Shown one piece after another: positions 1 through 13,680 of a DNA stretch of 64,000 nucleotides; within the stretch, counting starts at the first letter, position 1; the number at the start of each line of letters is the position of its first letter. Below the pieces are notes generated by a model, which worked only from the letters and a program-made list of their open reading frames with translations, was not told where the DNA came from and ran no database searches. The DNA is from Camelus ferus (lineage: Eukaryota), in assembly GCF_009834535.1 (NCBI RefSeq), contig NC_045707.1, forward strand, positions 56,856,001-56,920,000, given 5' to 3'. A program made the translations under genes and the position numbers.

Positions 1-60
1 TTACTCAATTTTAGTTCTCTCACTGTAAAATGGGCATAATAAAACCTATCTCACAGTACA
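1..60 (+). mobile_element. MIR SINE core fragment (cut by window edge)
   Basis: ctctcactgtaaaatgggcataataaaacctatctcacag resembles the MIR core CTCATCTGTAAAATGGGGATAATAATAGTACCTACCTCATAG. Confidence 0.6.
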
Positions 61-139
61 TAGTAGGCTTTTAATAGTAAAAATAATTATGATAATAGTG
101 AAGTAGTAATAATAATATTAATAATACCTGGTTTGGTTT

Positions 140-665
140 CTAACCTCCAGGATAACCACCAGTCTAATGATTCTCACCCCCTGAAATTCGTGCCTTTGTA
201 TAGACCTCTCCTTCATTAAACTGTGCCTGCCCCTATGTGAATAAAATATGATTTAAGTGAAAATGTGTGCTTTCTGAAATGAGATCATGAAGGCATTGCA
301 GCTTCTACCTTGCTCTCTTGGAATTACTCATAAGCCAGTTGCAATGCTGTGAGGATGCTCCAGCAGCCCTGTGGAGGTGCCCACATGGAGTGGGACTGAG
401 GCTCCCAGCCAATAGCCAGCGCTAACTTGCCAGCTATGCAAGTGAAATACTTTGGGTGTGGATCCTTTAGTAATATAGTCAAGCCTTTAGATGGCTGCTG
501 CCCAAATCAATCACTGACTGCAGCCTCTTAAGAGGCCCCATAGTAGAACTACCCAACTGAACCATCCCCAAATTCCGGACTCACAAAATCAATGAGATAA
601 TAAATAATCACTGTTGTTGTAAGCCACTAAATTTTGGGATTTGGATGGAACAATAGGTAATTTAT
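140..665 (+). mobile_element. MaLR solo LTR (MLT1F/G-like)
   Basis: Typical MLT1 motifs: gcagccctgtggaggtgcccacatggag, gactgaggctcccagccaatagccagc, agataataaat...tgttgtaagccactaaattttggg. Confidence 0.8.
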
Positions 666-2149
666 AGAACTGCCAAGGTTGAAAGTTAACCTTGTCATCT
701 CTATGCAAGTTCATGGTAACCAATTCTGTTCATAGGCATTTCATTACTCGTGATGTAGCCTTCCTAGTGAAACCAACCTGCTGTTTCTCCACCTAATTTA
801 TCTTTGCTCCCCACTTTACCTCCCTGCTTTTACTTCATAAATACTTCAATCTTAGAGAATCAGTATCTTTCACATGAAACCTATTTTATGGGCTTTTCTT
901 CCTGAAAGTCTATAAGATGTTTACACAATACATTTATAAATTGCTTGTCAGCAGGTATCTTAACTTTTCTTTGGATTTTTTTTTTTTTTGGCATCTTATA
1001 TGGTCTAATCTCATTTTATGGTGGTTAAATGAAAAAATATATATATTTTGGTACTTGCCAATGGCATTTTCTTAGTAAAAACAAAAAAGCATGTGATTGA
1101 AAGTCATGTCTACTTGCTAAGGTTGTGCACAGGACAGATTTTCAGACAGGGAATAACCAATCTAAAGAGAAAATTTGGAATTAAAAAATAAAAGAAGCAA
1201 TCCCATATAGGATTTTTAAAGTGGATAATTTTAGCCATCATTTATAATTTTCTTCTAAGCAGAGAAATGTTAATTTTAGTAATCTGGATATTTAAAATAA
1301 TTATTTTATGAAAGACAGGATATACTGATGTTTAGCCTCCTTGAATAAAATACTACTTTTCATTGAAAGAATTTGAACCCCATTAAGGAAATTTACAGAT
1401 TAGAATAACCTGGTTAGTAATGCATTTTATTATCCTAACAAAATTTAGCATAAAATCAGTTCTCATATTTGGGGTGTGATAATGTTTATATGAAATTTTA
1501 GTATTTTCAGCTGTACTTTAAAACTCTGAGTTTGTCAAAAAACAAATGACTGGTCTAAAAGTATTTGAAATTGTTTTGGATAAATTGCCAATCCCTTATC
1601 CTCAAAAAATAAAGGAGCAGTGGATATTTTCAGAGTTTATATGTATATACCAGATGAAGGCATAGCAGTTAAATTGGCTTATTTTAAAATATGTTTTCAG
1701 AGAAATATTTCCTAAAACATGACATTTTATTATCTAAAATTTTTCAAAATCTTTTCTTTAGCTCATCAAAAATTACTTCAAGTAGCTTTTATAAAATATG
1801 TGTATATATTTTCTAATGACATATGATCTTGATAGGAGAGATTACTTGTGTTTCTGTTAAAATATTAACTGCTTGCATAAGCTCATAAGAATAAATTTAC
1901 TGTTATTAATAAACAAAACAAACAAACAAAATCATGTACCATGCTCAAGAAAAATAGTAAAATAGAGAAACTAGACCTTATCCAAGGGGTTAATCTTAAG
2001 TAGGATTAGTTAAGATTCAGTTGAATTGCATATTTTAAATTCTCAAAATAGCATTGACTATAACAAGAGAGAAGTTCTGTTCTCTCCTACGTAAAAGAAT
2101 ACTGAATACAAGTGGTCCATGTCCAGCTGCACTGGAGGCTGATTTAGTC

Positions 2150-2990
2150 ATGTGGACTGTGCTTCTGTCTGGAATTCTTTTCACTCTTCACCTCCTCCCA
2201 GCATTGGTTAACACTTATTCATCCTTCAAACCTCAGATCTAAAGTCATTTTCTCAGGCAAGTTATGGTAGGTACTGCTACTTGCCCTCAAATATCTATTA
2301 TTTTCTTCTTCTCTACTAAAAGTATCCTAATTCTAAATTAGGCACATTTAACATGACTGCATCATCCTTCCTTATAGTTAGCTGTGGCTATATAACTAAT
2401 CTCACCCACTAATGTAAGGGGACCGGTTATATAAAACTTCCAGGAAGCTCTTTAAAAGAGATGAAAGGCACCATTCCCCACTTTACTCCTTCTTGATAGT
2501 TGGAATGCAGAGCTGATTGTTGGAGCTCAGGCAGCCATCTTTGATGATGAGATAGAAGCACATACTCAAACTGGCAGAAACAAAACAGAAAAAGTACGAG
2601 CCTCTGTCAACTTGGAACTTCTATAAATAGCCTTGGACCACATGTATCTAATAGTCTTTTATATGAGACAGCAGTAAACTTCTCTTTTGTTTTTGTCACT
2701 TTTATTTTGTGATTTTTATATGCAACCGAGCCTCATCCTAACTAATCACTATTGTTGACCCATTGGATAAGGTCAAGTTCCTCTGTTTTATATGTTTATA
2801 GAACCATACTCTGTTCTTTCATGCTAGTTATCTCAGTAAATAATTACATATTTATATATATTGCCTTTTTTTCTCTTTTAATTGAAACTCTAGATAGCAG
2901 GGCCCATGTATGTTTTTGCTCACTTTTATTCATGGAAGCCTAGCATGGTGCTAACCACAAAGTCAGTATTTCATAAGCTATCTGTTCTAT
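2150..2990 (+). mobile_element. L2 LINE 3' end, interrupted by an MLT1J LTR
   Basis: cttattcatccttcaaacctcagatctaaagtcattttctcagg before the LTR and gcagggcccatgtatgtttttgctcac...gcctagcatggtgc after it match successive parts of the L2 3' end. Confidence 0.6.
2265..2748 (+). mobile_element. MaLR solo LTR (MLT1J-like)
   Basis: tggaatgcagagctgattgttggagctcaggcagccatcttt and terminal tgcaaccgagcctcatcctaactaatca. Confidence 0.7.
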
Positions 2991-5530
2991 AAGGAACAAT
3001 CACAAGGTCAATATCTATGAGCTGAGATTGATGAACTTAAATGGGACTTCAAATTTTTCATAAAATACTGAGGTCCATGTTTGTATTGGTTGTCCAGCAG
3101 TAGTAGTGAATTTGCTGCTATCTACTTTGTCACAAGACTTGGTGAGATGAGTGGGGTGAGAAATACTCTGTTTTGTTGGGATGATGAAATTCACTGTCCT
3201 CATCACTCTGTGATGAGATTCAGTTTCCAGTTGTCTTAATGACACTCATCCTTACTTTCAGGAACCCTTTCCATTGTGGAGATGGGAATATTGAAAAGTA
3301 ATTATTACGTGTATGTTTACAAATCTATAGCAAGATAGAAATTTAACAATCTTAAGGTGATTTTAAAATCAGTGATCTCACAAATATCATATCTTTAAAC
3401 TTAGAGGATATCCTTTTGAAATGATTATTCTTCAACTTCTTACATACTTAGAAAAAATTAGTTTATACATGGTTTTTTACTTCATGACAGAGTATTCTGC
3501 CAGTTTTCAGAACCAAAAAAACCCCCACATTTTAATATCAATTTATTTAGTTTTAAACTTACTTTTGTTACAATTCTATGAAAAGAGCAGAAAATATCAG
3601 AGTAATTTGGGTTGCATGTCATCTAACTTTAGGTAACACTAAGCCTTTCCACAGCAGTTAAACTTGGCAAATGTGAGAGCATTGTGAACCACAAAAGGAC
3701 CAATATTGGGACTCTTTTTCTATAAATGGACGTGAATGCAAGCCTTCTTAGGAGAGTAAAGCTTTTTTTCCCAAGAACACAAAAATTCTATAGGGGCACC
3801 ATGGTAACTACAGATAGAAAATGCATTTGCATATATTTTGTTCATGAAACTCGGAAAGTCAAAGCGTATGGTAAGGCTTATATTGCTAAATAAGTAATTG
3901 GTGGCTTGTGTAAATTGTTATTATTGCATTCATTTAGTTTTAATAGAAGGATGCAAACATTTATGCCTGGGAAGAAGAACACAGATGCATACAAATGAGA
4001 CTCATCTTGTTCTAATTCTGGCCACTTTCTATTTAATGGAATTTCTATAAGCCTTTTTTTTTTTAAATACAAGAGATTTAAAAATTCTGATGGGCCTTCT
4101 GAAACAAAGAAAAAAGTCAAGAATGGTTCATGTAGTCTTAGATATATTTTAATTCTTTAAAAAAATGATCATCAACTGGTATCAAATAGAACCTTGTATT
4201 ATCTAGAATTCTCCATTAATTCCCTGATTAAAACAAAACTATATTAACAAGCAGTGCATCAACAGATGGTAAGGCGGAGTGTGCAACCTTCTGGCTGCAC
4301 AGAAGTGGATGATAAAAGAGGAAATGTGAAAGTTATTTTTCCTGGGTGTCTACAGAAAATGAATATGCAGCCCATCATAACTATTTTTGTATTGCAATAT
4401 TAGAAAATGCAACATTAAATGTGCAATTGAATACCATCTGTCTAATTGTAAGCCAAAATCATGGTCACAGACCAGACATATTAAGTAAAGCTCTAATTAG
4501 AGGGTGAGAGTCAGAGGTGCAGTTCCTACTGAGAATGTTTCCAGCCTACAACAGTGTTCAAATTGGATTTATTTTTTTCTTTCAGTTAGGATATTTTTGC
4601 TTATCTTTTTTGCTTATAAGTTAGAAAGCAATACTGACCACTTTAGAACTTGGGGTCAATGAAAATTTCTGTAACAGCGATAGATATTTCAAAAATAATT
4701 TCATACAGTTAGGGACTATTGTTAATCGCTATTCCACAGGAGCATTTTAATTAACAGTTTTGAAGCTTCTAGCATCAGTGATGGAAACCGCACTGCTCTT
4801 TTTCTGTCTTCGTTAAAGGGTTTATGTATTCTTAGCTGGGAGGTGAAGAAACAATGGTGATTGTGGTTGTCTGACCAAACCCAAGATCTGAATCACCAGG
4901 AGAAAACTCTGAAATCAGAGGCAGAGACTGGAATTTGGGGATTCACGTTAACCAGAAAGAACCTAGAAATGGAGGCATTCTGTGGAACCTAGGTTTTGAC
5001 TCTGCTGTTTCCCCTTGGAGGATGTAGTCTTGCTAAAGCCAAACTGAGTCAAGAATCAGAATGGGTAACTGTAAATGCCTTTTAAATGGATGTGCATAGG
5101 ATGCTGGCCTTCCAGAAGGGTGACATGAGCTCTAAATATATAGCACTGCTATGTTACTAGAAAGGGACTGGCTATTTTCTCACTACTACTGAGAATGTTA
5201 TGGCAGTTGTGTACCCATCCTTAGGATATTAATGGATAAAGAAAAGACAGGCCAAGATATGCTGTTGTTCTGACTGGCAGCCCCTCTCTTCTTAAGGCCT
5301 GTGAATGTCACCATGTTACTTGAGAACTTACAGCACATATATCTGTCCTGTTTTTTCCCACCAATCTGCAGTACAATCTGATAGTCTGAAAGATAATCAT
5401 ATTTGACATTTGGAACAATAATTAATTAACTAATTAATTAATCAAACTTATTGTTGCCTTCTTTTGATATCAACCAAGCTATATTAGCTCCTACTATATA
5501 TTGTATAAGTACTTCAAAATTTAGGATATA

Positions 5531-5583
5531 TACATTGTAAAATGATTATAAATCAATAAAAAATGTTAAAAAAAATCCAAAAA
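5531..5583 (+). mobile_element. Extremely 5'-truncated young L1 (3' terminus plus A-tail) with 15-bp TSD
   Basis: acattgtaaaatgattataaatcaataaaaaatgtt nearly matches the end of the L1 at 25164-25562; flanked by aaaatttaggatata (5516-5530) and aaaatttagaatata (5584-5598). Confidence 0.8.
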
Positions 5584-5759
5584 AAAATTTAGAATATAAT
5601 TTTTTATTAATTTTCCTTACCTATTTCCTTTACGTATGATATGTTAAAAATTCACCCTTAGTATTAAACAACAAAAAATAGACTTTTCTAGAAAAATAAC
5701 TCTATTAAGCATTGTTCTCTATTACATGGTTATAATTAGAATTCTAAGGAAACCCTTAT

Positions 5760-6097
5760 TTTATTTTATTCTGTCTTATAAATTAACATACAGTAAAACT
5801 GACTTTTTTGTTCCAGGAATTTTGACACATGTAGATTCATGTAACCACCCACCACAGTTCAGCTACAGATCAACTCCATCACCCCCAAAATTCCCTCCTG
5901 CTGTCACTATGTCATCATACTTGCCCGCTGTCTCTATCCTCTTGCAATTTGATCTGTTCTTCTTCACTACAGTTTTACTTTTATTTTTTTCAAGGATGTC
6001 ATATGAATGGAATCATAATATAACCTCTTGAGACTACCTGCTTTCATTCAGCCTAATGCCTTTAAAGAGTCATCCAAGTTGTTTTATGTATTAATAA
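5760..6097 (-). mobile_element. Old L1M (L1MB/MC/ME-type) 3' end
   Basis: acatacagtaaaa, tgtaaccaccaccac-like segment, catcacccccaaaattccctc, tcatatgaatggaatcata and catccaagttgtt are antisense L1M 3' motifs. Confidence 0.7.
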
Positions 6098-6558
6098 CAC
6101 GGTTATTAAAACCTTCTTGTATAGTTTTGGTGGTAATTTTTGTTCCAAGTGAATGTATCTTTTTCCTAGTAAATATACCATGGACCAAATTACAAATTTG
6201 ATATCTCTTACCAGAAAGAGCAAAACTTAAACTACCAGGTGAAAAAAAAATTTTTTAATGTTTATTCGCAATAATAGTACGGAAAATGGTAAGATTTTAT
6301 TTTAAAAATTTGCTAGAGGCTTTGTCATAAAATATTTTCAAGTTACATTTTTTAAAATACTATTTTTTAGTGATCCTCTCAACCATTTTTATCCCTGAGT
6401 ATCAGAATAGAGACATATACTTGGAGTTTATTTAATGGGAAGAGTTGGATTTTAACAAATGTAATTTATATTAATGATTAATTAACTTTTATTTTCTAAA
6501 TATCTGAAAAGTAGCATTTTGGGGGAATGGCCCCCTAAAAATATTTCAACATGTAAGA

Positions 6559-6775
6559 CAGTGCTTTTCAACCAGAGAAGATTTTGGTCCCTCAGGGGAC
6601 ATACGACAATGTTTATAGACATTCCGGTTTTTTTTTTTTTCTGTCAGGAAGGGACAATACTAGCAACTAGTGGATAGAAGCTGGAATGTTATTAAAGACT
6701 CTACGATGTACAGGGCTGTCCCTCACAACAAATAATTATCCAAAATGTCACTAGTGCCAAGTCTAAGAAACCTTG
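6559..6775. mobile_element. hAT-Charlie MITE (MER20-like)
   Basis: Starts cagtgcttttcaacc...gattttggtccctcaggggaca and ends ccaaaatgtcactagtgccaagtctaagaaacc; about 215 bp. Confidence 0.75.
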
Positions 6776-6904
6776 AATAAGATGTTTTATTCCACAGATA
6801 TTAGCAATTAATTTTCATCAACATTTTCTAATTCACATACAAAAATTATATTATTTATTATCTTTATGCCAATTTCAGAGCATCCAAGCTTTGCCACTTA
6901 TATT

Positions 6905-7260
6905 TCAAACTTTTGTTATGAAACTTTCAAAATGCAGTACAATTGAAAGAATGGTGCAGTGAAGACTTGAATCGCCGTATCTTGATTCACAACTGTAAAT
7001 ATTTTTCAGTATTTGTTTATATTATGTCATTTGTCTTTTCCTAAATAATTTCAAAATAAGTTACCTACATCATTGAAATTCAGCATTAACTCCTAAGGGT
7101 AAAACATTCCCTTCTATAACTACAATCACATCACATGTAAGAATATTGACAATAATACCCTAGTACATATCAGTATCATTTAATACACAGTCCAGTTGTT
7201 CCAAGAATATGTTTTATGACTTTCTTTTTCTTTTGAAGAAGGAGCCAATCAAAAAAATTT
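6905..7260 (-). mobile_element. Degenerate L1ME-type 3' fragment
   Basis: ttttgttatgaaactttcaaaa...gaaagaatggtgcagtgaa and aaaacattcccttctataactacaatcac motifs. Confidence 0.45.
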
Positions 7261-7299
7261 GTGTCTCTTTTATTAGCAGGGTGCATTTATTTTTCAACT

Positions 7300-7735
7300 T
7301 ACTGTTTTCATGTTCTTTGAATAAATACCCAGAGGTGGAATCACTGGGTCTTATGTAGTTATGTTCTTGATGTTTTTAGGAATCTCTACTGTTTCCCATA
7401 GTGACTGCATCAATTTACAGTTCCCCCCAACAGTGTAAGAAAGTTCCCTTTTCTGCACATCCTCTCCAATATTTGTTATTTCTTGACTTTTTGATGGTAG
7501 CCATTCCAGTGGGTGTGAAGTGACATTATTGTGGTTTTGATTTGCATCTCTCTTATAATTAGTGATGCTGAACATCTTTTTATGTGCCTGTTGGCCATCT
7601 GTTTGTCTTTTTTGGAAAGATGTCTATTTAGATCCTCTTCCAAGTTTTTAATCAGATTGTCTGTTTCTTTGGTGTTGAGTTGTATGAGTTCTTTATACAC
7701 TTTAAGTGTTGATTCTTTATTGAATATATAATTTA
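7300..7735 (-). mobile_element. L1 ORF2p C-terminal fragment (frameshifted, non-functional)
   Basis: Minus-strand translation [58 protein letters not shown] corresponds to L1 ORF2p ...NNPIKKWAKDMNRHFSKEDI...[19 protein letters not shown]. Confidence 0.92.
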
Positions 7736-7739
7736 CATA

Positions 7740-7930
7740 GGAGATGAGTCTGTGAGCCAAGCAGGTTGTATGTTGTGGGGTGGCAGGATTGGAAGGGAGG
7801 AGGGAGAGTGCTCTAAACAGAGGGAGCAGCAAATATAAATCTGAAGTTGACCATAGTCTAAGGTGTCCTAAGAAAGCAAGGGGACCAGTGTGGCTGGAAC
7901 CAGAGTGATCAGACATGGTCAGACAGAGTT
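7740..7930 (-). mobile_element. L2 fragment
   Basis: cagagggagcagcaaatataaa...gaaagcaaggggaccagtgtggctggaaccagagtga. Confidence 0.55.
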
Positions 7931-8299
7931 GCGTATCTGGAATGTTCTGAGGGATGCTCTAAAACAAATTCTCTCTATAGCTTCCCTAGCTTTCAAGATT
8001 CATAATCCAGTATGAAATTTAGCAGTTTGGCTCATTAACAGAATAGAGATTGTTTATCTGGAAGGCCACTTCTACATGTGAAATTGGAAGCAATACATTG
8101 GATTTCTCTTCTATTAAGTTCTTAATACCTACAATGTATCAAGAAATATTGTTTCTTGTCATCTTGGACAAAATGGTCTAGGCTTAGGAAAATTAAGAAA
8201 CAGTTATAGTATTTTATAAATCTTTTTGAAATAAGTGAATGAAAAAAATTAAATCGATATAATTATCATGGGTTATAAAGTACAGGGAACAGGTTATTA

Positions 8300-8513
8300 T
8301 CTTTAACAACATATAGAGTGCACACTCTGTGCTCTGTCCTAAGCAGTTTACTCACATATTGCTAGTTTACCTGTATAATAATTCAGGATGGTAGGTAGTG
8401 CTATTATCCCATTTTCAGATGAATGAATTGCTCAAAGTCACATAACTAGTAAATGGCAGAGCTGGGATCTCAACCTAAGCAGTCTGCTTCCGAGTCCTTG
8501 AACCAATATGCTA
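8300..8513 (-). mobile_element. MIR SINE
   Basis: tattatcccattttcagatga...aagtcacataactagtaaatggcagagctgggatctcaacctaagcagtctg. Confidence 0.8.
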
Positions 8514-10024
8514 GAGCTCCTGTAAGTAATCTGAGCTGCCATGTTGCTAGCAGCAAGGTACAGCAGGGAGAGAGGGAGTTGGTAGTATACACAAATATTT
8601 TTTCTTCTAATATTCTGCCTTTATGTCTCTACTAAGTTACTAAATTTTTTCCCTTTATTTTTTATTTTTCTCTATCCCCAATACCCAGTTCAGTGCTCAA
8701 AATATAGTTTAGAACTGTTAATAGCAGCAACTAGTTACTACATGGAACTCCAAATGTGGGATGATATGGAAGAATATTCTACAGCTCTCTGCTTGGGGAA
8801 TTTTTAATCCTGGAATCATTCTCAACATAAGACACATTCTAATTAGATTCTGCAAATGCTGATATCATGGCTGGTTTGTGTAATCATAGCATAGCAAAGT
8901 GAAAAAAAAAAAATCCTCAATGTGAAAAAAATTTAAACTTGCATTAATTCTCTGTTGAAAACAAAGAATGTTCCAGACGATTTTTTTTTTCCACTAGAGG
9001 ATGCAATTTAAAGTAGGCCATGTAAATGAAAAAAACATTGTGAATTGAGATTTGTAGGGTAGTCAAACTCAGCAAGACAAATTTATCTTCAGTGTGTTTC
9101 AAATTGGCTTTCTGTGATAGGGTGATACCTCCTGGTAGACATTGTGGAACTATTTTTTAATCTGCATTCTAGTTTACTATGTTGCAATTAACATATAAAA
9201 TTGTAACTTTAAATTACATCAATAGGTGTAGGCTTTTTTAAATGAATGAGACAAAATTTCTCCCCATTTAACAAAAGTGTTTATCATTCATGAATACTAA
9301 TGAATGCATCAGTTTTTGAAAATAAAATATGATAGTATAAAAAGTACACGGAAGATTATTTTTAATGAGTCATGAGTTCTGTATTTGTCTTGTCAAAAAT
9401 AGTAGTGTCTCTTATTGCTCATAATTCAACTCCCATCACCCTGCCCAAACATATTTTATGATTTGACGACACAGCAGTTGTCTTTCTCCAAATTTAAGTT
9501 GGCAAGAAATGAAGGGAAAAAATAAAAACAACAAACTTTAGTATGGACTTTGCAAAGTATCAGTGGGGCCTATGAGTTTTGAAAATCTTAATTTAAAATT
9601 TTATAAACATTTGGGGGAAATACATGAACTAATATTAAATGCAATTATAAAGCTAAAATAGAGCATCTCTCATTGTATTTTTACTGGGTTTAGTGAAAAC
9701 AGTCTTGTTCTCTGATAGGTTATTTTTGGCTCCTGATGTTAATTATACAGAAAATTATCACAGATTTGAGAAACAGGAAGTAGTAGTGATGGGCTGGAAA
9801 CAAAGAGGGGGATGAACAAAGGTAAAGAATGAACATTTGTTTTGCTAAGTTTTGAGATAATTGGGGATAACTGACTAATTTGTGTCTAGATTTAGAGACT
9901 TGGAGAAAGAGCTGGTAGACAGGGCTCATTCTCTCAGGATTGTTTTTCACTAGGGAATGCAATTTAACCCCAACTTCAAACTTCAAGTTTAAATTGAAGG
10001 TGAACTTGCCTTCAGACACTTTCA

Positions 10025-10160
10025 CGATCTATTACCAGCTCTGTAACCTTGAATAGCTGACTTAATCACTTCTAACCAATTAAAAAATTAAATAAAAGGA
10101 ATAATGAAAATGCTCATATCATGGTTTTGTGTGTTAAATAAAATCAAATTTATAGTTTTT
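10025..10160 (+). mobile_element. MIR fragment
   Basis: ttaccagctctgtaaccttgaatagctgacttaatcacttct...aaaaggaataatga. Confidence 0.5.
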
Positions 10161-13029
10161 GCACAACTTCTGTTTTCATTAAGGGCTGGTGAAAGTTATT
10201 GGTGATATTATTTACTTTCTCCTTAGTTCTACAATAGTAATGTTCCAGGCTTGTTTAATATTCTAATTTTATGTTTACTATCTGGTGTTAAATTAAAAAT
10301 GTAGGGCACAGTGTTACACATACAGTGTGATCCTATTGTTATAAATGTTTTTGAGTAAATGTGTTTTAATAATTCTGGAAGTAGACACTGAAAGACATTA
10401 CAACCAGTTTTTTCTTTCATGAGCAGTAGGATTTTAAGTGATTTTACATATTGAAAAATATTAAAGATTTTTTTTTGGTAGGAGTTGTAAGATTTTAGGT
10501 GATTTTATTTTGCTTTTGCTTATTTGTACAGTCAAATTGTTTTAGACTAAAAATACATTACTTTTTTGCTAGGGAGATAAAAGTTAATAGACAATGCTCA
10601 TTTTAAAATATCATTTAAATTTTTCCCTTATACAGCAGAGCTAATAAATATGGTACAAATTTCTTTCAAATCATGAGAAGTCTTATGCTAGACATTTATC
10701 ATATCTTTTATTTGTTAAAGATAAAAGAATATAACAACCCTGTTATCCACAAGGCATGCCTTTGGTCTAAATACAATTATTGTGAGCTTGTTTATCATTT
10801 GGCTCTGACCTGAGTAAATCTGAAAAACTGAAGCATAGAAAAATGACATGATTTTTAACAAATCATGATACCATGTAGGTAAATTTTAAGCATATTAATA
10901 AAAAAGCATGATTAAAGATAAATGCATATTGGTGACTAAATTAAATAGTTCAAATATTGGTTTGTTTTAAGCAATTCTATTTGAGTATCATTATGAAGAA
11001 AGGTATAAAAAAAATACCTAATTTTGTTTTACAGTGATTTTCTATTTTGGCCACATACACATTTTATTATTTTAAATAAATAAAAATAAATCTATATTCT
11101 TGTTTAACAAGGGATAATATTTTTTAAAAAGTTAAACTAATTTAATATCCCCATTAAGCCACAGTTTCATTTGTAGCTTCTGACCTCTGACACTGAGTAA
11201 ATGATGTAAAGAATTGGGTAAAGCCTGACCCTCTCTGGTAAGAGAGGAAATAAGAGGAAGGATGAACAGGAATTGAGCAGGTCAAGGATATATTAGGCAA
11301 AAGGAATGCATATAAGCCAGATGGAAGATTTGACTGCACTGGATTTCTGTTCGGTACTCTGAGATGAGATTCCTTCAACTAGGGAGAAGGGAGTTTGGTT
11401 TCCTTAGCATGCCTGTTTTCCCTGTGGGATGTATAAACCTGTGAGTACCCAAATTAAATTTCCCTGAGCAGACACTCTGGAAGGAGCTGATTTGAGTATC
11501 TGTGGGCTTGCAATTGGGCTAGCCATGGAAAAAAGAAATTTGACCCAGCAGTAAGGGGGAGGGGGTGGATCACCCATCCAAGGAAGATCAGTGGAGCTTG
11601 GGGCTTAGGTACAGGTAAGGTGGCTGGCAATGGTGACCAGAGTACAAAATATGGAAGTCCTGGGGAATCAGAACTTTATCTAAGGAGAGTATTTAAATTA
11701 TCAGACTGGATTAAGTTCATTTCTTATCCACCACCCAGGGTATATAGTTTCTTGAGGAAAATTAGGTGAATTACATAGTAAACAAACAAACAACTCATTC
11801 TGTACCTTCAAGCATAGTTTATGACATGGTTACTGTAGTTTATATAGTTTAGAAATTGTATTATTGTCAGAATTTAATTTTAACAAAATTCAGTAGTTTT
11901 CTGAGCGAACTTTGATACCATCAAAACATTTCTTACACTACATATATGTGTATAGTTGAATACTGATATACAAATACATATTTGATGTATATATATATGT
12001 ATATATATATCAGAGTATATATAGATAGGTCTCATATATATCTATGAGGAAGAGTATGTAATAAGTGTGATGGCACCATTTGCACAAGTATCCTATGTAA
12101 ATTCAGCTCTTCATGTACTGCAACAACAAAAAGGGAGACAAATAACCATTTAAATGTTGCAGCAGATTCCATGCAATGAGCATGTCCCCCCAGATGAATG
12201 TGATACGGGAAACCTGAGGAATTTCTGAAGTCACTCCTTTGCTTCTCATGGTGTGAGCACCTCGTGATGCTGAATGCAACCCCTGTATTTAAACATACTT
12301 CTCATATATTACAAAATACACATCATACTTTTCATACGACAAAGCCCTATGGCAGGCAGGTCATCCATCTGGTGCTCTTCCCCGGTAGGAGTGATTTGTT
12401 CTAATTTGGGAGGAAAATTGCTTGGAGTGGACCTAGTGGGATGTAGAATGTTGCTCTCCAGTGTGATGCCTCCTTAAGGGATTGTCTAGAGTGGTTTTGA
12501 ATAAATTGATTTTTGCCTTGTGAGCTGACTTTTAAAACCTAACCATTCCCACAGAGAAGATGAGATTTCTCCTTAAACATCTACATGTGACAGGTTTGAG
12601 GGACACCATATTCAGGTCTGCCTTTGGCAACTAATTTTTTCAAAAGGAAGTGAATAGTTGTAGATTTGCCCCAAAATAAAGTGGTCAGATGACAGGTGAA
12701 ATAAATATTTGTTGCATTATATATGCCATTTTGTGAGGCACAGCTTTTAATTGTTATATGGAACATTTTTAGGAATCTGATTTCCTCATTCTTTTTCTTG
12801 GGGCAGCAGTCTCAGCTATGTTAAGGAACAACCATTTGAGGATTCCTGGGAGTGTAACAGTGTGCTTAGGAGTTGGTCTATCATTTTATAATTGAAGTAA
12901 ATGAGGGGGTGGGAAAGCACATATGCTGCTCATTAGAATATTTTCCTTTAGACTATTGTAAATACTTTCAGAAAGGGGTGTGTGCAGTTCACAGTATGGT
13001 CTTACAGTTGTGCTCACTTTGCCTTTTTG

Positions 13030-13190
13030 TAGAAAGACATTTGGAACAGAGCATCCTGGGTTCTAATTCAATTACACCTCTACAATTCTGTGTGGTTTAG
13101 AGCAAGTATCTTCCAGAGAGTCTTATCTTCAGAAAATAAGTTTGGATTAAATGATCTCTAAGACTACTTCAGCTTTAAAAGTCTGTATTT
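13030..13190 (+). mobile_element. MIR3-like fragment
   Basis: cctgggttctaattc... and 3' ttggattaaatgatctctaagactacttcagctttaaaagtctgt. Confidence 0.55.
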
Positions 13191-13519
13191 TTATACATTT
13201 TCTCTGTTCAAATACACCATGCATCTGAAGTGCCATTTGTGTAATGATTCATTTTATAAATATTCAGTGAAGATACTATTTTCTATTCACAATATTAATC
13301 AGAACTAATATCATTCAAAATAATTGCTTTTCATACTTAAGTAATGAAATGAATAATGCTTTATGTCATTCAAACAGAATTCTTTAGAAACCACTTTTAT
13401 TTCCATTTAAGAGATTTTATAGAGTAATTTTTGTTGATTTTATATACTTGAAACAGTGATTTCTATTAAAGATTCTAAAAATAAACCCATGAAACCACAC
13501 TGTAATATAAATATCTATG

Positions 13520-13680
13520 TTATAGCATTTATCACAGTTTATAACACTATTTGTGTATGTTTTTCCCTCAAAAGTTCAAGGACTGTATCTTACAGAGGTT
13601 TATACTTTAGCCTCTACAGTGATGCCTGCCAAATGATGATGGTTTAATACCTGTTAAGTGAGCAAATTAATGAGTAGTGA
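13520..13680 (+). mobile_element. L2 3' terminus
   Basis: caaggactgtatctta...ctacagtgatgcctgcca...ttaatacctgttaagtgagcaaattaatga. Confidence 0.5.

Noticed and set aside
7476..7916. 146-aa ORF, the longest in the track, as a host gene
   Set aside because: Chimera of L2-derived sequence and a frameshifted L1 ORF2p C-terminal fragment.
11160..11700. Possible old LTR fragments here and at about 51230-51560
   Set aside because: Purine-rich and LTR-like in character, but no diagnostic motif that I can assign.
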